Shown: piece after piece, positions 9,296 to 18,515 of the stretch | Position numbering within the stretch: position 1 is the stretch's first letter | Layout of the letters: every line of letters begins with the position of its first letter | IMG/VR virus record: IMGVR_UViG_3300012348_000042 | Span: 1-24,724 of that record | Reading direction: 5' to 3' (one strand) | Source of the DNA: a virus | Lineage: Duplodnaviria; Caudoviricetes | DNA: 24,724 nucleotides | Position numbers and translations under genes: made by a program | Notes under the pieces: model-generated | Seen by the model: the letters and a program-made list of their open reading frames with translations, nothing else | The model's database searches: none | Told to the model about the DNA's origin: nothing

Positions 9296-9474
9296 CGACT
9301 AGCTGCCCCGTCAGTGCCGTTATCCGCAGGTAGTGGCATGTTGCCCTCGGCCAGCCATTCCAGGTACTCAGTGTAGTCTGTGTTGGCGGGGTCAAAAGGT
9401 ATGAATGCATTGTCAGCAATGCGCTTGATGCAGGTTGCTGCGCCCATTGGGGTGTCGGGTAGAAGTTGGTACAT
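9292..9474 (-). CDS. Tail-fibre-associated small protein (probable assembly chaperone)
   Basis: IKR..DNAFIP.DP.N.DY.EYLEWLAEGN.P.PAD, directly downstream of the fibre gene. Confidence 0.7.
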   Translation of the reverse strand: MYQLLPDTPMGAATCIKRIADNAFIPFDPANTDYTEYLEWLAEGNMPLPADNGTDGAASR

Positions 9475-9477
9475 GAT

Positions 9478-10719
9478 TTAAAGCTCCGCAGAAAGGTTTA
9501 CCACTTCCCAAAACTGCCCTGTGGCAGTTGTCGACAAGCTTCTATAAGCGGAAATGTATGCAGGGCCTCCCGCGTAATTAGAGGTGTTAGCGGTCACGTT
9601 GATTTGTGAATATGGCCCCGTATTCGATCTCTGCGCGGCTGTTGGGCTGGCTCGCATGACTACTGGAAGCGAGAGCCAGCACATTATGTTTTGACCTGCT
9701 GGCCCATATCCAATCGCACCAATGTCCTGAACTTGGCAGTACCGCTGACACATAATCAGCTCACGCCCGTAGTCCCTGCGCTCAAACGGGGATGCAACAG
9801 TACCTGCTTCTAACTGGACTCCGGTAATATAGAAGGTGGCTCCGCTTGTGCCGACTACTGAGGTTGCGCCTGTGGCTGAAATGTAATAAGAGCCAGACCA
9901 AGAGCCAGCAGTTCCACTATATGTCGAGCCAACACCCAAACCAAAATACAACTCAAGACCTTTACCGTTATCTTTAAGCCAAGTGCCAGAAGTATCCCCC
10001 GCAACAGTTACAGTCTTTTGCTCCCATGTGTTTGCAGATGAGATTGTGTATGTAAATGGGTAAGTTCTGGAGCCACCGCTGTTTGACAATGACCCGCCAA
10101 ACGTGCCAGTAAGACTTGAACGAACCCAGAAAGAGAATGTAATTGGCTGTGCGCTTGCAGTCCCCCACGCAAGGTCTGCTACGTTAAACCCCTCAATCTT
10201 TTGCCCCACGTTAAAGTAACTTGCGGCTAAAACAGAATAAGCAGAAAGGGAGGTAACACCAAGATAGTTTGTAAACCCCGCTGGAGGAGTTACCGAACCA
10301 GCATTCTGCTGAACTGAGTATTTTGAAGCCGCAGATAAAAAACATTGCCAGCGATCAATAGAGTATTGAGCGTCAGTGGGTGTAACACTCGCCCCGTTAT
10401 TCCTCTGGTCAATCCGCATGTCACCGTTGATGATGCGGTTGCGGAAGCCAAAGCCCTCATTGCTTGCCAGATAAGTGGCTCGATCCGCAGATGCGCCAGC
10501 CAACGTGGACAGTTGTGCGTCATAGGCTTGTACCGACACACCAATATCTGTAGGCTTCAAGCCTGTCAGTTCAACAACAGTACCTGAGCTGTTCTTGACG
10601 TACAGCTTCTTATCCGCTGTGTTGACAGCCAGCTCAGCACCTCCTGCTGCGTTGGTCAAGTCCCCCGCCAGGGGTACAGAGGATGCTGTGTCACTCTTTT
10701 TAGTTAACAAGGTAGCCAT
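9478..10719 (-). CDS. Tail fibre / receptor-binding protein with Mtd-N-like N-terminus and carbohydrate-binding-like domain
   Basis: N-term K.S..A..VP...DL....ELAVNTAD.KLY.K; then NRIINGDMRIDQR..DRW...Q.IEG...TFSFWVRS...GVQLEAG..A.PFE.R....EL..CQRY. Confidence 0.8.
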   Translation of the reverse strand: MATLLTKKSDTASSVPLAGDLTNAAGGAELAVNTADKKLYVKNSSGTVVELTGLKPTDIGVSVQAYDAQLSTLAGASADRATYLASNEGFGFRNRIINGDMRIDQRNNGASVTPTDAQYSIDRWQCFLSAASKYSVQQNAGSVTPPAGFTNYLGVTSLSAYSVLAASYFNVGQKIEGFNVADLAWGTASAQPITFSFWVRSSLTGTFGGSLSNSGGSRTYPFTYTISSANTWEQKTVTVAGDTSGTWLKDNGKGLELYFGLGVGSTYSGTAGSWSGSYYISATGATSVVGTSGATFYITGVQLEAGTVASPFERRDYGRELIMCQRYCQVQDIGAIGYGPAGQNIMCWLSLPVVMRASPTAAQRSNTGPYSQINVTANTSNYAGGPAYISAYRSLSTTATGQFWEVVNLSAEL

Positions 10720-11768
10720 TAGTATGTGCCTCCATTAATCGTTGATGTCGTGTATAAACCGTTTGTAACCGTGGCTGCATTGCCATTAATGGAGCCTGAG
10801 ATGGTACTAGAAAAAGTCTTAGTACCTGCTATCGTTTGATTACCTGTTATTAGTACCGCAGAAGCCAGTACGTTAGAAGCCTCTGTAGCACTCGCAGCCG
10901 CTGCCGTGGCGCTGTTAGCTGCACTCGTAGCACTATTGGAAGCACTGGTAGCACTGTTAGCTGCGTTAGTGGCAGAGGTGCTTGCATTACTTGCAGAGGT
11001 TGATGCAGATGATGCCGATGTAGACGCTGCCGATGCACTAGATGCTGCATTGGTAGCCTGCGTAGCTGCCGAGGTAGCCGAACTAGCAGATGTCGTTGCA
11101 CTTGTAGCTGCATCAGAGGCACTAGAAGCTGCATTGGTAGCTGCTGTAGAAGCCGTAGAAGCAGAGTGACTAGCTGCTGTAGCACTACTTGCTGCATTGG
11201 TTGCAGAGCCAGAAGCTGCTGTTGCACTAGATGCCGCTGCTGTAGCTGAGCTAGCTGCTGCGTTCTTACTCGCTAAAGCATTGGTTTCACTGGCTGAAGC
11301 GTTGGTAGCTGCTGTAGAAGCTGTTGTTGCAGAACTTGCTACACTGGTAGCTGAACTAGCAGAAGCTGATGCACTAGTACTGGCTGCTGAAGCACTGGTA
11401 CTAGCTGCTGAGGCAGACGTGGATGCCGCTGTAGCGCTGGAAGCAGCGTTAGTAGCGTGTCCTGAGGCTGTAGTTGCACTTGAAGCAGCAGCAGTAGCGG
11501 ATGAGGCAGCCTCGGTAGCGGATGTAGCTGCTGTAGTAGCTGACGAAGCAGCCGCTGTAGCACTTGTAGCTGCTGCGGTTACACTAGAAGCTGCCGAGGT
11601 AGCTAAGGATGCCGCAGTAGTTGCCGAAGAAGCTGCTGCGGTAGCCGATGTAGCCGCCGCTGCTGCGGAGACAGATGCCTCGTTAGCCTTAGCAACAGCC
11701 AATAGAACTTCACTTGAAGCATCGTTGGTAGCGTCCCCAGAACCTCCGGGGCCACGATAAATAGCCAT
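10719..11768 (-). CDS. Ala/Ser/Thr-rich tail fibre shaft (lambda Stf-like repeats)
   Basis: MAIYRGPGG.GDA N-term; long run of A.xSAT.A 7-residue repeats; V..TGNQTIAG.KTF and I.GNA.T fibre motifs; C-term INGGTY. Confidence 0.8.
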   Translation of the reverse strand: MAIYRGPGGSGDATNDASSEVLLAVAKANEASVSAAAAATSATAAASSATTAASLATSAASSVTAAATSATAAASSATTAATSATEAASSATAAASSATTASGHATNAASSATAASTSASAASTSASAASTSASASASSATSVASSATTASTAATNASASETNALASKNAAASSATAAASSATAASGSATNAASSATAASHSASTASTAATNAASSASDAATSATTSASSATSAATQATNAASSASAASTSASSASTSASNASTSATNAANSATSASNSATSAANSATAAAASATEASNVLASAVLITGNQTIAGTKTFSSTISGSINGNAATVTNGLYTTSTINGGTY

Positions 11769-11788
11769 ATAAATTACCTTTACTTAAG

Positions 11789-12724
11789 TTACCAACCGCC
11801 GACACCGGAGTTATCTGAAGCCGTGCTGTCAGCGGAAGAAGACGATGTTGAGTCTCCACCTCCGTAAGACTGAGAATTATCAGATGGTTGTGTTCCGGTT
11901 GACGTCCCTGTATCAGGAGGAGCGCTTGTGTTTACACCTAAGTTAGAAGCTGTAATAGCTGCTGCTTCTGCGTAAGACAAGCCCGGATTAGATGCTATTG
12001 TTTCATTAATCTGCTGTCCAACCGACTGAGCAATTGTTCCGTACTGCTGTGCTGTCAGGCCCTCAGGAGCCAGCCCCGCTAAGCTGTTAACAATACCTCC
12101 CAATACCGGGTCTGTCCCTGCTTGCATATATCCAGCGAACTGTCCTGTTGTGCCAAACTGATTAGCGAGAGATTGGGATGCCTGTACCGTGTCTGGAGAA
12201 GCACCAAATAAACCTTGAAGAGCAGAGGTAAAAGGATTAACCTCATCTCCTAGAGTGCCTCCATACAAGCCTACAACGTCATTAAGTTGATTAGCATTAA
12301 GAGCACTTTGATAGCCGCCGAGAGCACCTCCCAGTCCGTAAGGAGCTAAGCTTAAAAGAGCTTGTACAAGAGGATTGTTCAGATTTTGAATATTGCCAAA
12401 CAAGTCGTATTCTTGTGGGTTAAGGCCTGTGCTTGAATCATATCCGCTACTTCCTGTATCTCCGCCTATTGGGGCAGAGGGAGGAGGCTGAGTAGTTGCA
12501 GGAGATTGAGCAGGCTGAGCATAAGTGTTGCCTCCATAATTAACCTGAGATGAATTACCATACCAGTCCTGCAAAGCCTGTGTGTCTAAGGACTGAGTGG
12601 GCAAGTAACCTTGATAGTAATTCTGAACCTGATTAAAGTACTCAGGGGTATATCCTTGAGTAGTTTGCTGCTTAAGCGAGTCAGGAAGCATATCACCAAA
12701 TAAAGATGCTGTAATTTCAGCCAT
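11789..12724 (-). CDS. Low-complexity acidic virion-associated protein, function unknown
   Basis: 311-aa ORF tightly packed in the late operon; Q/G/S/T/Y-rich. Confidence 0.6.
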   Translation of the reverse strand: MAEITASLFGDMLPDSLKQQTTQGYTPEYFNQVQNYYQGYLPTQSLDTQALQDWYGNSSQVNYGGNTYAQPAQSPATTQPPPSAPIGGDTGSSGYDSSTGLNPQEYDLFGNIQNLNNPLVQALLSLAPYGLGGALGGYQSALNANQLNDVVGLYGGTLGDEVNPFTSALQGLFGASPDTVQASQSLANQFGTTGQFAGYMQAGTDPVLGGIVNSLAGLAPEGLTAQQYGTIAQSVGQQINETIASNPGLSYAEAAAITASNLGVNTSAPPDTGTSTGTQPSDNSQSYGGGDSTSSSSADSTASDNSGVGGW

Positions 12725-12726
12725 GA

Positions 12727-12900
12727 TTAATCTTTCTTAGGACGACCAATATTGCGTTTTGTCGGTACTTGTTCAGAACTACCTACATCTTGTTCTTCTA
12801 CAACTTCTTCATAGCTTGTGTGGGTACGCATAGTCTTAATATCATGCTCATGCGTGAACTCAAACACATTGCCTGATTGTTTGCATCTAAATTTAGCCAT
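12727..12900 (-). CDS. Small protein downstream of capsid (57 aa; not in ORF track)
   Basis: Hand translation: MAKFRCKQSGNVFEFTHEHDIKTMRTHTSYEEVVEEQDVGSSEQVPTKRNIGRPKKD*. SD AGAAAGG upstream; C-terminal GRPKK motif. Confidence 0.75.
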   Translation of the reverse strand: MAKFRCKQSGNVFEFTHEHDIKTMRTHTSYEEVVEEQDVGSSEQVPTKRNIGRPKKD

Positions 12901-12946
12901 TGTTATATGAACCTTTCTTATAAGCTATCAAGAACGATAACGTATG

Positions 12947-12978
12947 AAAAAGGCTCCCTGCCTTGTGAGCAGGGAACC
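12947..12978 (-). terminator. Intrinsic terminator after major capsid gene
   Basis: Minus strand GGTTCCCTGC-TCACAAG-GCAGGGAGCC followed by TTTTT, about 10 nt after the capsid stop. Confidence 0.85.
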
Positions 12979-12987
12979 ATTTAACGC

Positions 12988-13893
12988 TTAGGCCGGGACA
13001 GCCAGAGCAACAGCGGAGCCATCACGCAACTCGTCAGCACCGAACAGAACGTCAGCAGTGAACAAGTTAGCGAGCCACTCTTGTTTGTATTGAGTCTGAG
13101 TGCGAACACCCATTTGCTCAACCAACACAGCGAACTCTTTGTGAGCCAACAGGCAGATACGGTCACCATCGGTAGCAGCATCAGCGTTGGTGGTCACGAA
13201 CACGGGGATACCGTACACGTTACCAATTTCACCGTTGCGGATGGTGTTAGAAGCACCTGTCTCGCCCACAAAGGCTTGCTCGGTGAAACGAGCGATACCC
13301 ATCAAGGTGTTGCGAGTGGAAGGAGGAACGATCAAAAAACGACCGTCCATAGGAACATCGTTGTCGTCCAAGCGCTGGATCGAGCGGCGGATAGCAGCAT
13401 CGGTCAGAGCACCGGCAGTACCTGTGTAGGCGGTAGAACCGTCAGCACCAGAGTAAGCACCAGTGTAAGCAGCAGTACCGTCACCACCGTTAGCCTTACG
13501 GCCCAACTGGATCAGAGTAGAGTCAACTTTACGACCCAGAGCGTAACCAGCGTCATCAGTGTAGAACTGACGCAGCGAGGCCAATGCCTGAGCTTCCACG
13601 ATGTCTTCGATCAGACGCGAGTATTCCCAGTGTTGGTTGATAGAGACAGTCTTCTCGCCTTCGGTAGCAGCGATCAGGGTAACCTGAGTCGAAGCAGCCT
13701 TAGCAGAAGCATCACCACGAGTAGGTGCAGGAATGTGAACGGTGTCACCTTTCTTGCCCTTGAAGCTCATCTTCTTGACGAGATTGGCAGCAACCAAGCT
13801 CTTCTTGTAAGCAGCGATAATTTCATCAGACCAGACTTCTGGAATGAAGTTTGCTGCGGTTGTAACGGTCACGTTGTTAGTACCTAAAGCCAT
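12988..13893 (-). CDS. Major capsid protein (HK97 fold, P22-coat/N4-gp56-like)
   Basis: FIPEVWS.EI...., GKKGDTV.IP, AGYALG.KVD, LDD.DVP.DGRFL.V.P, G.IG..YG..V; between scaffold and terminator. Confidence 0.92.
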   Translation of the reverse strand: MALGTNNVTVTTAANFIPEVWSDEIIAAYKKSLVAANLVKKMSFKGKKGDTVHIPAPTRGDASAKAASTQVTLIAATEGEKTVSINQHWEYSRLIEDIVEAQALASLRQFYTDDAGYALGRKVDSTLIQLGRKANGGDGTAAYTGAYSGADGSTAYTGTAGALTDAAIRRSIQRLDDNDVPMDGRFLIVPPSTRNTLMGIARFTEQAFVGETGASNTIRNGEIGNVYGIPVFVTTNADAATDGDRICLLAHKEFAVLVEQMGVRTQTQYKQEWLANLFTADVLFGADELRDGSAVALAVPA

Positions 13894-13933
13894 TTTAAAA
13901 TTCTCCTAAGAATTAATATTCAATTGTTGTTTG

Positions 13934-14707
13934 TTATTTGACCCTGCCATCAGCATAAGCAGACATAATTTCATCCTGCATAGCTTCATAACGGTTTGGG
14001 TCGGTCATACGTAGCCGGATAAGGTCGGCACGGCGATATACTTTCTTCGCTGATTCACCAGTTCCACCAACATCAACTGCTGCGGCACGAAGGTTCTGCT
14101 GGCGTACTTGTTTGCCTGCGTCTTGTGTCTGTGCTGTCTTAGCTGTACGGATCTGTTTAAAAGTAGACAAGAGCTCGTCCGCTGCTGTGAAATCATAGTT
14201 TGAGTGAGCCATTGCATACATATTTAAACGTAGCGGGGAACCCTTAACCCATTCAATGAACTCACCATCATTAGCAATCTCAGCATAATCAGGATGTTTC
14301 TTTTGAAGCATCGACTGTGTTTGCATCGCTTGCATTTGCTGTGTTGCCTTTTTAGCGGCTACCACATCAGGGTGATTCTCAACTGCTTTCTGAACTGCCT
14401 TCTTCGGATCTTCAAAGAAATCAATCTCAGTTTCTTCATTTGGTTGTGCTTGTTCTTGTTTACCGGAGAGTTGCTGCTTAATCAGATCATCTGCGAGTCG
14501 TCGAACTTCTCCTACTTCCTGAGCTTGCCTACCAATGAGCTTTTCAGCCTCTTGGTGCATCTTTACAATGTCTTCAAAGTTCTTACCCTTGTATTTCTCG
14601 GGAACCTCGTTGACACCTTGTTTAACTTCTTCTACAGGAGATTGTTTCTGTTCTTCGGCATCCAATTCACTGATTGAATCCAGTTCTTCATTTTCAATTA
14701 AAGCCAT
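13934..14707 (-). CDS. Capsid scaffolding protein
   Basis: Acidic N-term, PEKYKGK...DIVKMHQEAEKLIG.Q..EVGE.R, DFF.DP, C-term LRM.DP.RY.....EI..AY..GRV. Confidence 0.85.
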   Translation of the reverse strand: MALIENEELDSISELDAEEQKQSPVEEVKQGVNEVPEKYKGKNFEDIVKMHQEAEKLIGRQAQEVGEVRRLADDLIKQQLSGKQEQAQPNEETEIDFFEDPKKAVQKAVENHPDVVAAKKATQQMQAMQTQSMLQKKHPDYAEIANDGEFIEWVKGSPLRLNMYAMAHSNYDFTAADELLSTFKQIRTAKTAQTQDAGKQVRQQNLRAAAVDVGGTGESAKKVYRRADLIRLRMTDPNRYEAMQDEIMSAYADGRVK

Positions 14708-14771
14708 ACCTAACCTTTCCTTGCCCCGTGGGGTTCTAAGGATTAAATTTAAAATAGATTCAGAGTTGTGC

Positions 14772-15005
14772 TTATACAGCGTTCTGTTTCTGCTCGATTG
14801 TGAGCTTTTCAGCCCTTACTCTTGACCACTTATCGTAGGCATCGGGGAAAGCTCCTGAGAACCCTTCCAGTTTGCTACGAGGAGCAGCAAGAGCTTTGAT
14901 AGCGTCCTTACCACAATGCGGACATACAATAGCCCGAACACTATCTTCTCTTAACGCTTCGGTGACATGGTTGTCAGCACATTTGAAGTCACTCATAATT
15001 TTCAT
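14772..15005 (-). CDS. FmdB-like zinc-ribbon small protein
   Basis: DFKC...H..E ... CPHCG..A.K....P. Start moved to ATG 15005, which has GAGGAG 7 nt upstream. Confidence 0.7.
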   Translation of the reverse strand: MKIMSDFKCADNHVTEALREDSVRAIVCPHCGKDAIKALAAPRSKLEGFSGAFPDAYDKWSRVRAEKLTIEQKQNAV

Positions 15006-15231
15006 TAAGTAACTCCTCATACACTTGCTCGCATGCTTCCTTACGTTTAAGAATCAAATCTAGAATGTCCAACTGTCCTAGTCGGTAATGTAATGATTGT
15101 TCGTCTTTCACAGTGCGAACATTAACTAGATTCTCTTCTATCTTTTTGAGGTCTTCTATCAACGATTTCCACCCATCGGTAGCCATCATTGCAAAAGAGT
15201 CCTCGTAATACTTCTGTAACTCTGGGGCCAT
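14989..15231 (-). CDS. Conserved small protein downstream of portal
   Basis: ELQKYYE..F.MM.T.GWK.L.ED ... L.YR.GQL.IL; SD AAGGA upstream. Confidence 0.75.
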   Translation of the reverse strand: MAPELQKYYEDSFAMMATDGWKSLIEDLKKIEENLVNVRTVKDEQSLHYRLGQLDILDLILKRKEACEQVYEELLNENYE

Positions 15232-15251
15232 TACGGTTATCCTTCGTTATG

Positions 15252-17246
15252 TTATTGTTTGTTTTTCATCATCTGAAGTGTTGCAATTCGCTCATTTGAA
15301 GCAATATCAGCAGCTTTCAGATTAACTTGTTTCTCTTTGAGCATCATGTCAGCCAGTTTCAAGCGTTTCTCAAAGTCATCACCGTTATCTAGGTTAGTAG
15401 CGGCACTTTGGATGACATCAATACGCATCTTCTCTGGCATTAACTGAGTCTCAACCTGTGTTTGCTGTGCTTCAGCACCGGATTTAGCAGCTTTAGCCTG
15501 TAAATCTTGGATTTGAGCCTGTAACAGGGCCATATTCAGCTGTTGCTGCTGCATCTGAGCTTGCTGAGCCTCTGGGTTAGGCTGACTCATCTGCTCAAGC
15601 GTCTGAATCAACTCACCACGATTAGTCAACGAGCTGTTTTGCAAGATTCCCTTGAGGATCAGGGGCAGAACAGGAGTATTTGGGCCTAATGTCTGCAACA
15701 GAGCAATCATTTGCTGCTGTTCAAACTCACGAGCCAAGATACCAAGAGTAGCTGTCGGGATAAAGTTCATGTCCACTGAAGGATAACGCTCACTATCGAA
15801 CTGCATATAGCGATAAGCAGCTTTGTTGATGAACGGGATCATGAAGTCTTCTTGGAAGTTACTAAGAGTACGTTTGTACTTCTTAATAATTCCAGCCATC
15901 GCCATTGACATACCACCAGCGCCAGCGTCACGAGGGACGTTAGAAGGCATTCCGGCACTATCAACAGTACCCGTGGCTTGCAAGAGCATACGTTCAAAGT
16001 TCTGAGCAGCAGCGGCTGCATTACCGTCTGTCTGACCGAACTTGAAGGGATATAGAATCTCAGCAGGATTACCGTTAGTCAGGATAGCTTTACCGGGCTT
16101 AATCTCGAACTTAGCACCACGAGGTAAGCGGGTAGCGTCCATGGCAATCATAGGAGCTGTTGTGAGGGCTAAGGAGTCCATATAAGCACGAAGCTGACCA
16201 TCAATGGCCTTCTGCATGTTATAAGCCTTCTCCACCGTACCACGACCCCAGAAGCGGCCGGGAACCGTATCATCTTGGTAGGCCAAGATAGGACGATCCT
16301 TCATCATGTAAGGGTTAGCTTCTGCCTTGAGCAAGATACCATCGTTAGCAATAACGATAATGGCCTCTACCAAGTTGCAGTGCTCATCAGCATCCGAACC
16401 TTCAGGGAAGATTTCTTCGTATTCTTCTTCTTCGCCATCAGTCAGGTATTCACGAGGAACCAAACCGTAGTAAGTAACCAGTTTAACCTTGTCATCCTGA
16501 TACTGCTTCAAGTCCTGTGTAGGCTCTAAGTCTTGATCATCGTAGGTAGAGCCAATATCCACACGCTTGTAGATACCGTTCTCAATGCCTTCAACAACCT
16601 TGTGCAAAGAGACATACTTCTCAACAGCAACACCCATAGCATCTTCGATAGAATCAGCGTTAGGGTCAATCAAGAAGTTCTTAGGGTTGACTGGCTTAAT
16701 CTTGACAGCAACACGCTCACTCTCTTTAACGCCGATAGCTGCTGTGTTAGCAATACCGGGAATAGCTTGAGTAGCTGGGATGTATTCTTTCTCTGACTTA
16801 ACGATGATCTCGCCGATACCTGTACCGTAGATTTCAGCCATCAGTTCGATGTGGTCAATAGATTTCTTGATCTTGTCCTTCTTGAAGTCTTCCATCAACT
16901 GGTTCTTCAGATTCTCAACATCAAGAGAGTTACCGTTCACATCTTTAATATCATCTTCAATGTCAAAGAACTCGCCCTGACCGAAGATAGCCTCCATGAT
17001 CTCAGCGTGACGTGTCTCCACAGCTTGCTGAGTGGCAGGGGAGATGATACGGCTACGTTCACTCTCACGGGTCTTGTCTTGGGAGTCCCACTGACCACGG
17101 AAAATACGCTCATATTCAAGCCATGTATCCATGTAGTTAGCATCCCGATGATCACGCCATCGAGTGATGTGATCAGTTACCCACGAGGTAAGTTCTTTCT
17201 CAGCCTCTGTGGGTTCCTCAAAACGAGGGTTGGTCATATCTTCCAT
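15252..17246 (-). CDS. Portal protein (P22-like, with C-terminal Gln-rich barrel)
   Basis: 664 aa after terminase; IYGTGIG, V.P.NF.IDPNA, PGRFWGRG..E, Q-rich C-terminal helix. Confidence 0.9.
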   Translation of the reverse strand: MEDMTNPRFEEPTEAEKELTSWVTDHITRWRDHRDANYMDTWLEYERIFRGQWDSQDKTRESERSRIISPATQQAVETRHAEIMEAIFGQGEFFDIEDDIKDVNGNSLDVENLKNQLMEDFKKDKIKKSIDHIELMAEIYGTGIGEIIVKSEKEYIPATQAIPGIANTAAIGVKESERVAVKIKPVNPKNFLIDPNADSIEDAMGVAVEKYVSLHKVVEGIENGIYKRVDIGSTYDDQDLEPTQDLKQYQDDKVKLVTYYGLVPREYLTDGEEEEYEEIFPEGSDADEHCNLVEAIIVIANDGILLKAEANPYMMKDRPILAYQDDTVPGRFWGRGTVEKAYNMQKAIDGQLRAYMDSLALTTAPMIAMDATRLPRGAKFEIKPGKAILTNGNPAEILYPFKFGQTDGNAAAAAQNFERMLLQATGTVDSAGMPSNVPRDAGAGGMSMAMAGIIKKYKRTLSNFQEDFMIPFINKAAYRYMQFDSERYPSVDMNFIPTATLGILAREFEQQQMIALLQTLGPNTPVLPLILKGILQNSSLTNRGELIQTLEQMSQPNPEAQQAQMQQQQLNMALLQAQIQDLQAKAAKSGAEAQQTQVETQLMPEKMRIDVIQSAATNLDNGDDFEKRLKLADMMLKEKQVNLKAADIASNERIATLQMMKNKQ

Positions 17247-17255
17247 TTTGTTCCT

Positions 17256-18515
17256 TTAGTAGCCCGAAATTGGGTCTAAAATTTCATATTCATCGTCTTC
17301 GTAGTCAGCGTTATAGTTAGCAATAGCAAGCTGATCCACGTAGGACAAAGCATCAACCAAGTCATCATGGATACCTACTGTAGGGAACATGATTAACTGG
17401 TCTTTAAACTCAGTCCAGTCACGCGCAGTATTGAAGCTTACTCGGCCATGCTCCATACGCCCTTGAAGGCTCCAGACAACACGGTCAGTCTTCTTCCTGT
17501 TACCATGAGTTAAGTCTTGAATATGCGAATAGATGTTATTCTTACGCATCAGGTCATTGAGATAAGGCAGAACAGCATTCTTCAATGCTCCTCTTTCAAT
17601 GCCTACGGAGATCGGTTGATAGTCTCTGATAGCCTTTAAGATGTTCACAGCAGTCTCTCGGATGTCCCATCGACCATGCTCAATCTTATCTACCCACCAA
17701 TCACCGTTATCTTCTACCTTGACGATGGCGATGGCTGACTCGTCTAGCCGCTTCTTAGCAGCACCTGCGTTCTTAGCCACATCCTCAAAGCCTGCCAAGT
17801 CAATAGCTACCACGTAACTACCATACTTAGGCTCAGTGGCTAACTTGAACCACTCTTCTTTGAAGATGTCAGCGCCTGCGTTATCGAAGCTGGACAGATA
17901 TTCCTGTTTGAAAGCAAAGCTACTGAGTGTACGCTTGGCTGCTTCAACTTCTTTAGGGTCAATAGTCTCGTTATCTTGAGTGGTGAAGTGCCATGACTTC
18001 CATTCCTCATCTGTCTCTTCTTGGCCTAGCTTATAAGTATCATAGAACCAATTACGACCAGAAGGAGTAGAAATGAACAGTGCTCTGCCTTTCTTGTCCG
18101 ACAAAGAAGCTCGAATAACCTTTTCCCAAATCTCCTGCTTAATGAAAGCACATTCGTCCAGTACCACGTACACAAGGGACACACCACGAAGACTATCGGG
18201 GTTATCAGCGCCTCGAACCAGAATCTTTCTTCCGTTGACAAGGGTAATCTCAAGGTTGTTAATGTGAGAGGACTTAATCACTGGACGACCTAAGTCATGC
18301 AGTAAGTCCCAGATGATCGTACGTGCCTGCCCAAGCGTTGGAGCGATGTACATCACCGCTGACCCTTCAGGGCAGTTCAAAGCCTCGATAAGGAGCGTTA
18401 CAGCCGACAGCCGGGACTTACCGCAGCGACGACCAGCAGCTACAACCTTGAAGCGATGAGAGTCTTTAAAGACCTCTTGTTGCCAGTTCAGGAGTGCAAA
18501 GTTAAGTTCAGACAT
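17256..18515 (-). CDS. terL: Terminase large subunit
   Basis: Walker A VVAAGRRCGKS, Walker B YVVLDE, FISTP coupling motif, nuclease AIDLAG and HDDLVDALSY. ATG 18515 has GAGGA upstream. Confidence 0.95.
   Translation of the reverse strand: MSELNFALLNWQQEVFKDSHRFKVVAAGRRCGKSRLSAVTLLIEALNCPEGSAVMYIAPTLGQARTIIWDLLHDLGRPVIKSSHINNLEITLVNGRKILVRGADNPDSLRGVSLVYVVLDECAFIKQEIWEKVIRASLSDKKGRALFISTPSGRNWFYDTYKLGQEETDEEWKSWHFTTQDNETIDPKEVEAAKRTLSSFAFKQEYLSSFDNAGADIFKEEWFKLATEPKYGSYVVAIDLAGFEDVAKNAGAAKKRLDESAIAIVKVEDNGDWWVDKIEHGRWDIRETAVNILKAIRDYQPISVGIERGALKNAVLPYLNDLMRKNNIYSHIQDLTHGNRKKTDRVVWSLQGRMEHGRVSFNTARDWTEFKDQLIMFPTVGIHDDLVDALSYVDQLAIANYNADYEDDEYEILDPISGY

Noticed and set aside
9478-9720. Diversity-generating retroelement target in the Mtd-N-like fibre
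   Set aside because: No template repeat differing at adenines and no reverse transcriptase seen in the window; the C-terminus lacks a C-type-lectin VR signature.
10850-11760. Alternative-frame and antisense ORFs (Ala/Val- or Leu/Gln-rich) in the Ala-rich fibre
   Set aside because: By-products of GCN/TCN/ACN repeats lacking stop codons.
12979-13010. T7 10A/10B-like capsid frameshift extension
   Set aside because: No slippery sequence near the stop, and a terminator follows immediately.
13081-13887. 268-aa plus-strand ORF antisense to the capsid gene
   Set aside because: Shadow ORF produced by biased codon usage of a highly expressed gene; no SD and no recognisable motifs.
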